This document shows positions 55,372-64,000 of a DNA stretch of 64,000 bases, piece after piece. The first letter of the stretch is position 1; each line of letters opens with the position of its first letter. Under the pieces are notes generated by a model that saw nothing but the letters and a program-made list of their open reading frames with translations, had not been told where the DNA came from and searched no databases. Both the position numbers and the translations under genes were made by a program. The DNA is from a candidate division FCPU426 bacterium. Lineage in GTDB: Bacteria; Oederibacteriota; Muellerivitia; Muellerivitales; Muellerivitaceae. The DNA lies in NCBI GenBank assembly GCA_963719085.1, contig CAVRAL010000004.1, positions 384,001 through 448,000 of the forward strand, read 5' to 3'.

Positions 55372-56814
55372 ATGCCGCTCGGTGAAAATCTTTCGAATAA
55401 ATTCCATTCGGTCTCAACGTCTTCCACCGCCAAATTCATCGCGATCACCATTTTACTCCTGCTTCTTCTCATTCCTAAAAGCATGGTCACCGACGTCATC
55501 AGCGACCGCGAGCAACACCGGGATGAGGCCCGGCAAGAAGTCAGCGGCCAATGGGGCGGTCCTCAGGTTTTGGCCGGACCCTTTTTGGTGGTGCCTTATC
55601 TGGTAAACGAAAAAGTGCTCAATGATAAAAAAGAACTTCAAGAAACCAGCACGCTTTATTACGCCGTCTTTCTTCCCGACAGCCTCCAAGAGGATGTCCA
55701 AGCGGCGCCCCAGGTCCGCCACCGGGGAATTTATGAAGTCATCCTTTATCAATCCAAGGTGGTTTTAAAAGGCGCTTTTCCCTGGCCCAACTTCGGCGGC
55801 TTCCCCGTCCAACCCACACAGATCCTTTGGAATAAAGCCGCTCTTGTCCAAGGCCTGACTGATATCCGCGGAATCCAAAAAGACGCCCAGCTTTTAATGG
55901 ATGGAAAAAATGTCGCGCTGGAGCCGGGCCTGCCGCCCATTCAAACCGTCACTTCCGGCATCCACGCCGATCTGGACCTATCGGCGCGAAAAACCTCCGT
56001 TCCCTTTACTTTGACCTTCACCTTGAATGGCGCCGGGAACATGAGCTTTATCCCCCTGGGACGGCAAACGACCGTGAATTTTTCATCCTCCTGGCCCAAC
56101 CCCAGTTTCCAGGGCGCTTTCCTTCCCAGTGACCGGCAGATAGGTCCCGATGGTTTCAAAGCCAAGTGGGAAATCCCGAACCTCGCCCGCAATTTCCCCC
56201 AGCAATGGACCACCGCCAATTCTCCCGTGGACTTTCAAGCTCAAGCCGCCGTCGATTCTTATTACGCGCCAAGAGAAGAAAACCTTTCCACCCGAACCCA
56301 AGATTTAGGCCCTTCCACCTTTGGCGTCAGTTTCTTTTACCCCGTGGATAATTACCAATCCACCACGCGCTCGGCGAAATACGGGGAACTTTTTCTGGCC
56401 CTGACCTTTCTTATTTTTTTCCTGTTCGAGATCCTTTCGGGGATACGCGTCCATCCCTTTCAGTACCTGCTGGTGGGCTTCGCCTTGATTCTTTTCTACC
56501 TCCTGCTCTTGTCCACCTCGGAATTGATCGGCTTCGGGTGGTCTTATCTGATCGCCGCCTTGGCCACCATCGGCCTCATTACGGCCTATAGCAGTTCGGT
56601 GCTTTGGAATTGGAAACAAGCCCGTCTCATTGGAATCCTGTTGGGCTTCATTTACGCCTATCTTTTTTGCCTGTTGAAGGTTGAGGATTATTCGCTGCTT
56701 TTGGGTTCCATCGGCTTGTTCGTCAGCTTGGGGGTTGTCATGTACGCCACACGAAAAGTGGATTGGTACAACACCGCCAAAAAAAGCGGCATCGCCTTGA
56801 AAAAAAACCGGTAA
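55372..56814 (+). CDS. creD: Inner membrane protein CreD
   Basis: WGGPQ.LAGP, RHRGIYEV, WP.PSF.G.FLP, KYG.LF, HPFQYLLVG, MY.TRKVDWY. Confidence 0.9.
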   Translation: MPLGENLSNKFHSVSTSSTAKFIAITILLLLLLIPKSMVTDVISDREQHRDEARQEVSGQWGGPQVLAGPFLVVPYLVNEKVLNDKKELQETSTLYYAVFLPDSLQEDVQAAPQVRHRGIYEVILYQSKVVLKGAFPWPNFGGFPVQPTQILWNKAALVQGLTDIRGIQKDAQLLMDGKNVALEPGLPPIQTVTSGIHADLDLSARKTSVPFTLTFTLNGAGNMSFIPLGRQTTVNFSSSWPNPSFQGAFLPSDRQIGPDGFKAKWEIPNLARNFPQQWTTANSPVDFQAQAAVDSYYAPREENLSTRTQDLGPSTFGVSFFYPVDNYQSTTRSAKYGELFLALTFLIFFLFEILSGIRVHPFQYLLVGFALILFYLLLLSTSELIGFGWSYLIAALATIGLITAYSSSVLWNWKQARLIGILLGFIYAYLFCLLKVEDYSLLLGSIGLFVSLGVVMYATRKVDWYNTAKKSGIALKKNR

Positions 56815-56835
56815 ACCGGCCGAACGGGGTTTCTC

Positions 56836-57438
56836 TTGGCTGAATATCCGCCTTCTCTTGAACGCGTCATCCATGAACTGGGAAAACTTCCCGGCATCGG
56901 GCCCCGAACGGCGCTTCGGCTGGCTTTTTATCTATTAAAACAACCCGCCGAAGCGTCCCAGACATTGGCCAGAGCCTTGGTGGAAGCCCGCGCCAAACTG
57001 CATCCTTGCCGGGATTGCTTCAACTTGACTGAGGAAACCCTTTGCCAGATTTGCGCCTCCTCAAGCCGGGATAAAACCACCATCCTGGTAGTGGAAGATC
57101 CCAGTGACGTAGTCGCCTTTGAGCGGACCCATGAGTTTAAGGGCCTGTATCACGTGTTGGGCGGAACCCTTTCGCCGCTGGAAGGCCGCGGTCCCCAACA
57201 GCTGACCTTGGAACCTTTGGTGGAGCGGGTGAAAAAAAGCGGAACCTTGAAAGAAATTATCGTGGCCACCGACCCCACGGTTGAGGGCGATTCCACCGCC
57301 CTTTACATCCAGCAGCTTTTGAAAGCGGCGCCGGTCAAAGTCACCCGCCTCGCCCGGGGACTTCCATCGGGCGGGGATGTGGAATACGCCGATGAATCCA
57401 CATTGTTAAAAGCCCTCGAGGGACGAAGGGAGTTATAA
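56836..57438 (+). CDS. recR: Recombination mediator RecR
   Basis: LPGIGPRTA.RLAF, C4 zinc finger, YHVLGG.LSP, TVEGDSTA.Y. Confidence 0.96.
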   Translation: MAEYPPSLERVIHELGKLPGIGPRTALRLAFYLLKQPAEASQTLARALVEARAKLHPCRDCFNLTEETLCQICASSSRDKTTILVVEDPSDVVAFERTHEFKGLYHVLGGTLSPLEGRGPQQLTLEPLVERVKKSGTLKEIIVATDPTVEGDSTALYIQQLLKAAPVKVTRLARGLPSGGDVEYADESTLLKALEGRREL

Positions 57439-57439
57439 A

Positions 57440-57820
57440 ATGATTCTCCTTCGATCGATCGGCGCCTTCCTGCTTTTGAGCTTGGTCGTTCCCGCGCTTT
57501 TCGCCCAAACCGCCGGGGTCAGCGTCATCAACCAGCGAAATGTGATTCTGGTGGTCCCCACCCCCAATCCCCAAAACCCGCCATCTTCCAACGCGCTCTT
57601 GACCCGCAACGGACGGTTGGGAGCAACCTCGAATTCCCGCCGGGTCAATGATGTGAATCCCCCGGCCCACCCTCAACACCGGGATCCTTTGCGGGCCCCA
57701 AAGCCCGCGCCTTTTGCCCCCAAGCGTCCCTTGACTAAAAAATTTATGGCCAACGCTTCGGCTTCCCTGGCCACTACCGCGCCGCCCGAAAGCTCCGGGG
57801 TCTTCCCCAAGGGAAAATGA
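57440..57820 (+). CDS. Small secreted Pro-rich hypothetical protein
   Basis: Signal peptide; fills the gap between recR and the esterase, ATGA overlap. Confidence 0.6.
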   Translation: MILLRSIGAFLLLSLVVPALFAQTAGVSVINQRNVILVVPTPNPQNPPSSNALLTRNGRLGATSNSRRVNDVNPPAHPQHRDPLRAPKPAPFAPKRPLTKKFMANASASLATTAPPESSGVFPKGK

Positions 57821-58887
57821 GACAAACCGCGAATCTTTTAATTTTAATGGGAGGATTTCTTTTTTTGACACCCACTTTTTCCAACGCCGATACCACCATC
57901 CCCGCCAATGACCCCCGGATCCAATATTCGGGCCGGGTTGATTTTTCAAACCCCCAGGCGCCCCGGTTTGATTGGCCCGGCGTTTCCATTCAAATCCGGT
58001 TCAACGGCCCGGCCATTGGTTTTTTATTACAAGACAGTCAAAACCGCTTTGATGTTTGGGTGGACGGAAAACCCCAAACCGTCTTAGCCGCGTCAGCGGC
58101 CAAAACCCTTTATCTCGTGGATGGTCTAGCGCCAGGCGAACACCGGCTTCAACTCACCAAGCGCACCGAGGCTTCCTGGGGCATCACTTGTTTCCGGGGT
58201 TTGTCCTTGCCCGCGGGAACTGAATTGCTAGCCCCGCCGGAAAAACCCGTCCGGCGGATCGAGATCATCGGGGATTCCTGGGTTTGCGGTTACGGCAATG
58301 AGGCCGCCACGGTCCATTGCGATGACTTAAACCCCTACGAAAACGCCAACCGGGGTTTCGCCCTGGTCACCGCCCGGGAATTAAAGGTCGAAGCCCACTT
58401 AGTCGCCTATTCGGGCCGGGGCGTGGTGCGCAATTACGGTGACAGCCAGCGCCAATCCGCCGAGCCTTTTCCAGCGCTTTATGACCGCCTGCTTTGCGCC
58501 GAATCCCAAAGCCGTTGGGATTTTCAAAGCTGGATTCCGGACGCCGTGGTCATTCACCTGGGGACCAACGACTTCTCCACCGAACCCCATCCGGACCCGA
58601 AAGTTTTCGAGCAAGGGTGTTCCGATCTACTGGCCCATCTACGATCCCTTTATCCCAACGCCTCCCTTTTTTGGTTTTGCGCCACCGGCTGGCCCAACTA
58701 TTACCTAGGGGTGGAATCGGTGGTCCGGGACAAAAACAACGCCGGGGACAAAAAAATTTATTGCGTGGGTTATCCGCCGGTCCCCCAGGACCAAATGGGT
58801 TGTGATTTTCATCCCAACGTGAGGGTGCATCAAAAATTGGCGACCCGGCTGACTCAAGCCCTTCGTCAAAAGCTGAGCTGGCATTAA
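57817..58887 (+). CDS. SGNH/GDSL carbohydrate esterase (CE2-like)
   Basis: WPG, KRTEA, IEIIGDS..CGYG, LGTNDF, DFHP. Confidence 0.85.
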   Translation: MRQTANLLILMGGFLFLTPTFSNADTTIPANDPRIQYSGRVDFSNPQAPRFDWPGVSIQIRFNGPAIGFLLQDSQNRFDVWVDGKPQTVLAASAAKTLYLVDGLAPGEHRLQLTKRTEASWGITCFRGLSLPAGTELLAPPEKPVRRIEIIGDSWVCGYGNEAATVHCDDLNPYENANRGFALVTARELKVEAHLVAYSGRGVVRNYGDSQRQSAEPFPALYDRLLCAESQSRWDFQSWIPDAVVIHLGTNDFSTEPHPDPKVFEQGCSDLLAHLRSLYPNASLFWFCATGWPNYYLGVESVVRDKNNAGDKKIYCVGYPPVPQDQMGCDFHPNVRVHQKLATRLTQALRQKLSWH

Positions 58888-58904
58888 GGCCATAAATAAA
58901 CCTC

Positions 58905-59032
58905 TTCACCGCCAAGACGCCAAGTTCGCCAAGAAAGACTACAAAAAAACAACAAGGTTCACTCAAAAAGACTTAAATTCTAAACCAGAAGCCTTTTGAT
59001 TTACTTGGCGAACTTGGCGTCTTGGCGGTGAA
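58905..59032. repeat. Perfect 29-bp inverted repeat around an AT-rich spacer, family A
   Basis: TTCACCGCCAAGACGCCAAGTTCGCCAAG (58905-58933) and its exact reverse complement (59004-59032). Confidence 0.92.
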
Positions 59033-59065
59033 AAGCCGTTTTGTTAATTCTCATAAGGAAAAAAC

Positions 59066-60100
59066 ATGAAAGTTCTTATCATCGGCGGGACCGGCCTTAT
59101 CTCAACGGCTATCGTGAACCAGCTCGTGGAACGCGGCGACGAGGTCACCGTGGTCAACCGGGGGGTGAGCGAAAAGCGAATCCCCGATTCGGTCAAGACC
59201 ATCGTGGGCAACCGCTGGGACTATCCGGCTTTTGAGAAACTCATGGAGGGCCGATCCTTTGACGCGGTCATCGACATGGTGGCTTTCGCGCCGGAGAACG
59301 CCGAGTCAATCTTGCGCGCCTTCACGGGACGGGTGAAGCAAATCGTGGTTTGTTCCACGGTTTGTGTTTACGGCGGGCCCATGACCAAGCTCCCCGCCGA
59401 CGATGATGAGCCCCACCGGCCCGTGGGCGATTACGGTAAAAACAAATCGAAGATTGAGTCCATCCTGCTTTCGGCCAACGGTAAAAACGGCCTGCACACC
59501 ACGGTTCTGCGCCCCTCTTTCACCACTGGCGAAGGCGCCACCGCCTCCGGGATTCTTTTTGACGACAGCCTGCCCAACCGGCTGAAAGCCGGGCTTCCCA
59601 CGATTGTGATGGATGGGGGGAAAGCCGCCTGGGCCATCGCCCATGTGTCGGACGTGGCCCGCGGTTTCGTCAATTCGCTTTTGAATCCCAAAGCCTATGG
59701 ACAGGCCTATCACTTAACCAGCGACGAGCACACCACTTGGAACGGGGTCTTTGAGGCCCTCGCGAAAGCCGTGGGCGGAAAATGGAATCCGGCCTCGATC
59801 CCCACCGATTGGCTTTATGAGCAGGCGCCCAGGCGAAGCGTGGGCGTGAAATATATTTTCCAGTACCCTTCCATCTTTGATAACTCCAAAGCCAAGCGGG
59901 ACTTGGGTTTTAAAACCACGGTGCCTTTGGTGGAAACTTTCCGCCGTCAGGTCGAATGGATGGAAAAGACGGGCCGCTCGAAAAAAGTTTCAGAAGAACC
60001 TTTTGAGGATTTGATGATTGAGGCCTTTCAAAAGAACAAAAAACCGCTTTTGCCCGAGGGCATGGACTTTAATCCCTGGGGCAATGGAACGACGAATTGA
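59066..60100 (+). CDS. NAD-dependent epimerase/dehydratase family protein
   Basis: IIGGTGLIS, YGKNK (YxxxK), HVSDVA. Confidence 0.88.
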   Translation: MKVLIIGGTGLISTAIVNQLVERGDEVTVVNRGVSEKRIPDSVKTIVGNRWDYPAFEKLMEGRSFDAVIDMVAFAPENAESILRAFTGRVKQIVVCSTVCVYGGPMTKLPADDDEPHRPVGDYGKNKSKIESILLSANGKNGLHTTVLRPSFTTGEGATASGILFDDSLPNRLKAGLPTIVMDGGKAAWAIAHVSDVARGFVNSLLNPKAYGQAYHLTSDEHTTWNGVFEALAKAVGGKWNPASIPTDWLYEQAPRRSVGVKYIFQYPSIFDNSKAKRDLGFKTTVPLVETFRRQVEWMEKTGRSKKVSEEPFEDLMIEAFQKNKKPLLPEGMDFNPWGNGTTN

Positions 60101-60115
60101 ACAAGAAGGACGATC

Positions 60116-60604
60116 ATGTCTTTTGAAAAAAGAATCAATTATGAATCCGTGGGACGTTACGACATCACTCCCATCTTCCGGGACCCGGCGGCTTTCGCGG
60201 ATCTTCTCGACCGCATGGCCGAAGGGCTTCGAGGACAAACTTTTGAATTGATCGCCGGGATCGACGCCTTGGGTTTCGTCATCGGCGCCGCCTTGGCCCA
60301 AAAATTAGAAAAAGGTTTTCTTGTCGTTCGAAAAGGGGGAAAACTTCCCGTCAAAACCACCAGCCTCGAATTCAAGGATTACTCGGGACAAGCCAAAAAG
60401 CTTGAAATCGCCTTGGACACGGTTCCGGCGGGCGCGAAAATTTTAATCGTGGACGATTGGATTGAGACCGGATCCCAGGTTCGCTCCGCCATTGAGCTCA
60501 TTGAAGGGCAAAGGGGCCAAGTCACCGCCATTGCCGCCATCAGAATCGACAAGCCGGGCGCGCAGTTGGGGTTCGGGAACCGTTTTTGCCTTTCTTTGCT
60601 GTAA
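60116..60604 (+). CDS. apt: Adenine phosphoribosyltransferase-like protein
   Basis: DITP, GIDALGF, RKGGKLP, LIVDDWIETG. Confidence 0.8.
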   Translation: MSFEKRINYESVGRYDITPIFRDPAAFADLLDRMAEGLRGQTFELIAGIDALGFVIGAALAQKLEKGFLVVRKGGKLPVKTTSLEFKDYSGQAKKLEIALDTVPAGAKILIVDDWIETGSQVRSAIELIEGQRGQVTAIAAIRIDKPGAQLGFGNRFCLSLL

Positions 60605-60635
60605 TGTGGGACAAATGCCGAACAGGAGAATTCTC

Positions 60636-61337
60636 GTGAAAAATATCCTATGGTTTGTGGCGGTCCTAGTGACCGTCTTGTCGGTAGCCCTGCTTGGCTG
60701 GGGTTTCCATTATCTGGGTCCCAGGACCCTGACCGGTCCCGGCGAAATCTTCATCCGCCAGCAGGCGAAAGACCCCAAGGCCTACCGGGCGGAATTTTTG
60801 GCCCAATCCCCCCAGCTCAAGGGGGCGGGCTTCACGGCCTATAGCTTCCACCGGGACCTCAAGGACCCCAAGATCCTCATCACCACGCTCAAGTGCTCCC
60901 ACCTGGGACAAGGCGTCGCCTTCGTGCAGTCTCCCCAGTTCACCTCGGCGCTGGACAAGTCCGGCGCCCGGATCCCGCAGGTCTGGTACGGGATGGACCA
61001 AAAACCCAGGGTCTACGGCGGGGACTTCAGCCCCAAACCCGCCGGGATCGTGATCGCCCGCAACGAAGTGCGCGACTACGCCTTCTGGCTTAAGTGCTTC
61101 TTCGCGGAGGACGGCGGCAAGCACAACCACCCGGGGAGAAAATATAAAAACAGCGACTACAGCATCCATTACCTCTTATTTACTCCCGCGGTGGCTATCG
61201 TGGCCCATGAGGCTTCGGACGTTTCTAAAGCGCCGCCTTTCATGATTTCGGACCCCATGACCGGTGAAATGCAGTCCACCGGCGTGATAGGCTTGGAGGT
61301 CTGGTACGGGATCAATATGGACGAAGGCGCTTTTTGA
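60636..61337 (+). CDS. Membrane-anchored protein with two tandem dimeric alpha/beta-barrel (ABM-like) domains
   Basis: GTG 60636 with AGGAG RBS; N-terminal TM; two similar halves, each ending VWYG. Confidence 0.6.
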   Translation: MKNILWFVAVLVTVLSVALLGWGFHYLGPRTLTGPGEIFIRQQAKDPKAYRAEFLAQSPQLKGAGFTAYSFHRDLKDPKILITTLKCSHLGQGVAFVQSPQFTSALDKSGARIPQVWYGMDQKPRVYGGDFSPKPAGIVIARNEVRDYAFWLKCFFAEDGGKHNHPGRKYKNSDYSIHYLLFTPAVAIVAHEASDVSKAPPFMISDPMTGEMQSTGVIGLEVWYGINMDEGAF

Positions 61338-61355
61338 AACTTGAAAAATCAATTT

Positions 61356-61450
61356 ACAATGATCGACGCGGATGAACGCTGATTTCATTAACCATATTGA
61401 TTGCTGTCGGGCGTTCTTCATCATCGGCGTTTATCCGCATTTATCATTGT
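61356..61450. repeat. Intergenic imperfect inverted repeat, family B
   Basis: ACAATGATCGACGCGGATGAACGCTGAT ... ATCGGCGTTTATCCGCATTTATCATTGT (23/28 complementary). Confidence 0.8.
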
Positions 61451-61496
61451 TCCATGAAATTTTTAGGTCGTTAGACAAAAGTTGAAGGAGCCCCTG

Positions 61497-62279
61497 ATGC
61501 AAAATGCCGAAACCCAAACCCTGCCCTTGGAAACCCCCTTGGTGGAACCCGCCTACTCCGGCTGGAGCGACGAAAAGCTGATGGCCTTTTCGGCCAACGA
61601 TTACATGCAAAAACTTTATCACCGGGCCAAAAACATCGGCGATGACCTTTACGATTCCCGGGCCTACGAATTTTTCAAGCTGGACCCCGAGGTCTACCGG
61701 GAAAACCTGATTACCTACATGCGGCGGCGCGCTTGGAGCGAGTGGTATTTCGGCACCGTGGCCCAGGCCCGGCAAATCACCCTTCTGGCCGACGACCAGG
61801 TGAATTTGAAGCTGCGCTTGGCCCGGCAAATCCGGGACGAGATGCGCCACTACGATGTTTTCGCCGCCCAGCTCAAGCGCTACAACGCCGAGCCGCGCAT
61901 TTCCGAATTCACCCTGCCGCCCATCTTGATCCAAATGCAAAAGGTCCAGACCGACGCCCAAACCGCCCCCGAGATCGCGGCCGCCAATCAGTTCGCCGGC
62001 GAGATTGTGCTGTCTTCCATGACCGATCTTCCCACCAGTATTTTCAAGGTGCTTTTCGATAAGGAACTGATGGACGCCATCGAGGACATCGAGAAGGATG
62101 AGCCCCCCCATATCGCCAATGGGAAGGATTTGATTTTGCTGGCCTGCGGTACGGCGGAGGAGCGACGCAAACTGGCGGTCGCCCAAGAAAAATATCTCTC
62201 GGCCATGATGCAGCTGCACGTGACCGAAATCGTGAAATTAGGCTGCCGCCGCTTGAAGCCCGTCCCCGTCTTCGAGTGA
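61497..62279 (+). CDS. Ferritin-like diiron-carboxylate protein
   Basis: E...DEMRH and GE...DEPPH ligand pattern; AAGGAG RBS. Confidence 0.75.
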   Translation: MQNAETQTLPLETPLVEPAYSGWSDEKLMAFSANDYMQKLYHRAKNIGDDLYDSRAYEFFKLDPEVYRENLITYMRRRAWSEWYFGTVAQARQITLLADDQVNLKLRLARQIRDEMRHYDVFAAQLKRYNAEPRISEFTLPPILIQMQKVQTDAQTAPEIAAANQFAGEIVLSSMTDLPTSIFKVLFDKELMDAIEDIEKDEPPHIANGKDLILLACGTAEERRKLAVAQEKYLSAMMQLHVTEIVKLGCRRLKPVPVFE

Positions 62280-62282
62280 GGG

Positions 62283-62960
62283 CTAGCGCGCCGGGCTTTT
62301 GGCCAAGTGCTCGGCCAAACGGTTGAAATAGGTTTCCCACGCGCTTAGGCCAAACCGGAAACCCGCCCCAATCGCTTGGGTTCCCCCGTCTATCCGCGCT
62401 TGGCGTTCCATGATCGTGGTGATTTCTTCCACATGCTCGGTTTCCAAGGTCAGGTGCTTGGTGAAATATTCCTGGTCCGCGGTCGGGTATTGGCTTTTCA
62501 AGGCCGGATAGAGGCGGCTTAAGGCGGGCTGGGCTAAAAATTCCCCGGCCGCCAAAGCGCCCAAGACGGCTCCCGCGGCTTCTTGATGCAGGTACTGACG
62601 TAAAGTTTCTCGCCACTCCACGGCGAAAGACGGCTCAGCCATTGAGGCCTGTTGGATCCCGGCGGTGAAAAGGAACTTTTGGTAGATGGCGTGATGGGTG
62701 CGGCTCGGATCGCCTTCGCCGCATTCCTGGTAGAGATTGACGGCTAAAACCGCCCGGGTTCGCTCATCTTCCATCCGCGAGGCGCCTTGGGCGATGAGGG
62801 AAGGAAAACTTTTGACCAGCGAGTCGAAGGAAACCAGGAAACGCTCCATCACGGCGGGGGCGACGGGGCCTTCTTCCCAAAAACGGAAAAAAGCCGACCG
62901 GCCGATCAATTCGTCGACCAGCGCGTTAAAGCGTTCCGCGATTTCTTTTTTCTGAGTCAT
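62283..62960 (-). CDS. Heme-oxygenase-like diiron enzyme (CADD/PqqC-like)
   Basis: NLYQECG...THH, GE, YF..H...E.EH. Confidence 0.78.
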   Translation of the reverse strand: MTQKKEIAERFNALVDELIGRSAFFRFWEEGPVAPAVMERFLVSFDSLVKSFPSLIAQGASRMEDERTRAVLAVNLYQECGEGDPSRTHHAIYQKFLFTAGIQQASMAEPSFAVEWRETLRQYLHQEAAGAVLGALAAGEFLAQPALSRLYPALKSQYPTADQEYFTKHLTLETEHVEEITTIMERQARIDGGTQAIGAGFRFGLSAWETYFNRLAEHLAKSPAR

Positions 62961-63038
62961 GGGGAGGTCCTCGGCCTGCTCAAAGTGTACAATAAAAAGT
63001 CGAAAAAATTGTTTCCCAATTTTTTTTCACGGGGCCCG

Positions 63039-63974
63039 ATGAAAAACGTCAAAACAAAAGCAGCCGCATGCTTATGGAGCGCCTTTTTTTTAGCGGGACT
63101 GGCTCAAGGACAGACACCCGCCGGCCCCCATCCTTTCCTGCTCCAATGGGGTGTTTGGGGTTCGGGCAAGGGACAGATGTGGAATCCCTACAGCGTGGCC
63201 GTCAACGCGGAGGGTAATGTTTATGTTTCGGACTACGTCAACGAGCGTATTGAGGTTTTTAACGGCGCCGGAACTTACGTCAACCAATGGGGAAATAAGG
63301 GGGCCGGACCCGGCCAGTTTCACCACGCCCTAGGGGTGGCGGTCGGCCCCCAAGGCGATGTGTTTGTGGCCGATACCTTAAACGACCGGATTGAGAAATT
63401 CACTTCCACGGGGGCTTGGGAAACCCGCTGGGGGGGCGCCGGCGACGGCCCCGGGCAGCTTTTCAACCCCATCCTGCTAACGGTGGACGCGGGCGGGATG
63501 GTCCATGTGGTCGATGGCAGCAACAACCGGATTGAGGAATTTACCTCCGATGGGGTTTACCTGCGCCAAGAAGGCAAGCCCGGGACCGGCGCGGGCCAAT
63601 TCAACCTGCCCACCGGCGCCGCGGTCGACCGGGAAGGGAATCTGTACGTCTCCGACACCGGCAACAACCGGATCGAAAAGTTTAACGCCTCCGGCGGTTT
63701 TGTGGCCCAATGGGGGACTCCGGGCCAAGCCCCGGGCCAGTTCAATGGCCCGGGCGGCGTGGCGGTCGACGGAAAAAACAGGGTCTATGTGGTCGACTCG
63801 GGCAACGACCGGGTTCAGGTTTTTGGCCCCGATGGAAATTATTTGGGCCAATGGGGGAGCCCCGGCAAGGCGGCGGGCCAGTTCAACGCGCCGGAAGGCG
63901 CCGCGTTTGACGGCGCGGGAAATATTTATGTGGCGGACTGGGGCAATTGCCGGATTGAGAAATTCGGGCCTTAA
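63039..63974 (+). CDS. Secreted NHL-repeat beta-propeller protein
   Basis: Six WG..G...GQF..P.GVAVD..GNVYV.D..N.RI units; signal peptide. Confidence 0.9.
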   Translation: MKNVKTKAAACLWSAFFLAGLAQGQTPAGPHPFLLQWGVWGSGKGQMWNPYSVAVNAEGNVYVSDYVNERIEVFNGAGTYVNQWGNKGAGPGQFHHALGVAVGPQGDVFVADTLNDRIEKFTSTGAWETRWGGAGDGPGQLFNPILLTVDAGGMVHVVDGSNNRIEEFTSDGVYLRQEGKPGTGAGQFNLPTGAAVDREGNLYVSDTGNNRIEKFNASGGFVAQWGTPGQAPGQFNGPGGVAVDGKNRVYVVDSGNDRVQVFGPDGNYLGQWGSPGKAAGQFNAPEGAAFDGAGNIYVADWGNCRIEKFGP

Positions 63975-64000
63975 CGATCTTGAGACAAAAGGCGGGCTTC

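Noticed and set aside
58905..59032. Tandem CGCCAAG units as a mini-CRISPR or IS ends
   Set aside because: Units are 8-9 bp within inverted arms; no spacers, transposase or clear target duplication

Overview
Bacterial chromosomal window of moderately high GC with several AT-richer patches. The style (diderm beta-barrels, secreted proteins with Thr/Pro linkers and a C-terminal FlgD-like Ig domain) suggests a poorly characterised lineage; an FCPU426-like organism is my guess, not a result. Housekeeping content: pgm/manC-like genes, an Mrp/ApbC carrier, dsbD, two P-II genes plus a porin under sigma54 promoters, metH, tadA, three tRNAs, and ffs-dnaX-ybaB-(creD)-recR. Main points of interest: (1) a ZIP metal permease fused to a two-domain multicopper oxidase, behind a 15/19 Fur box and flanked by an HCF101-like Fe-S carrier and a rubredoxin-like gene; (2) a co-oriented array of unrelated genes beside tRNA-Arg, punctuated by three copies of an ungapped 51-bp direct repeat that ends in an RBS; (3) three short duplications of gene 5' ends (pgm, tRNA-Ser, tRNA-Ala), each followed by a hairpin; (4) a frameshifted OLD-family ATPase-TOPRIM gene in an AT-rich islet; (5) an unannotated 35-aa Trp-rich ORF in the nitrogen regulon; (6) an SRP RNA with a probable Alu-like 5' domain; (7) two probable pseudoenzymes. 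No CRISPR array, integrase or transposase was seen. All family calls come from recognised motifs, without database searches.
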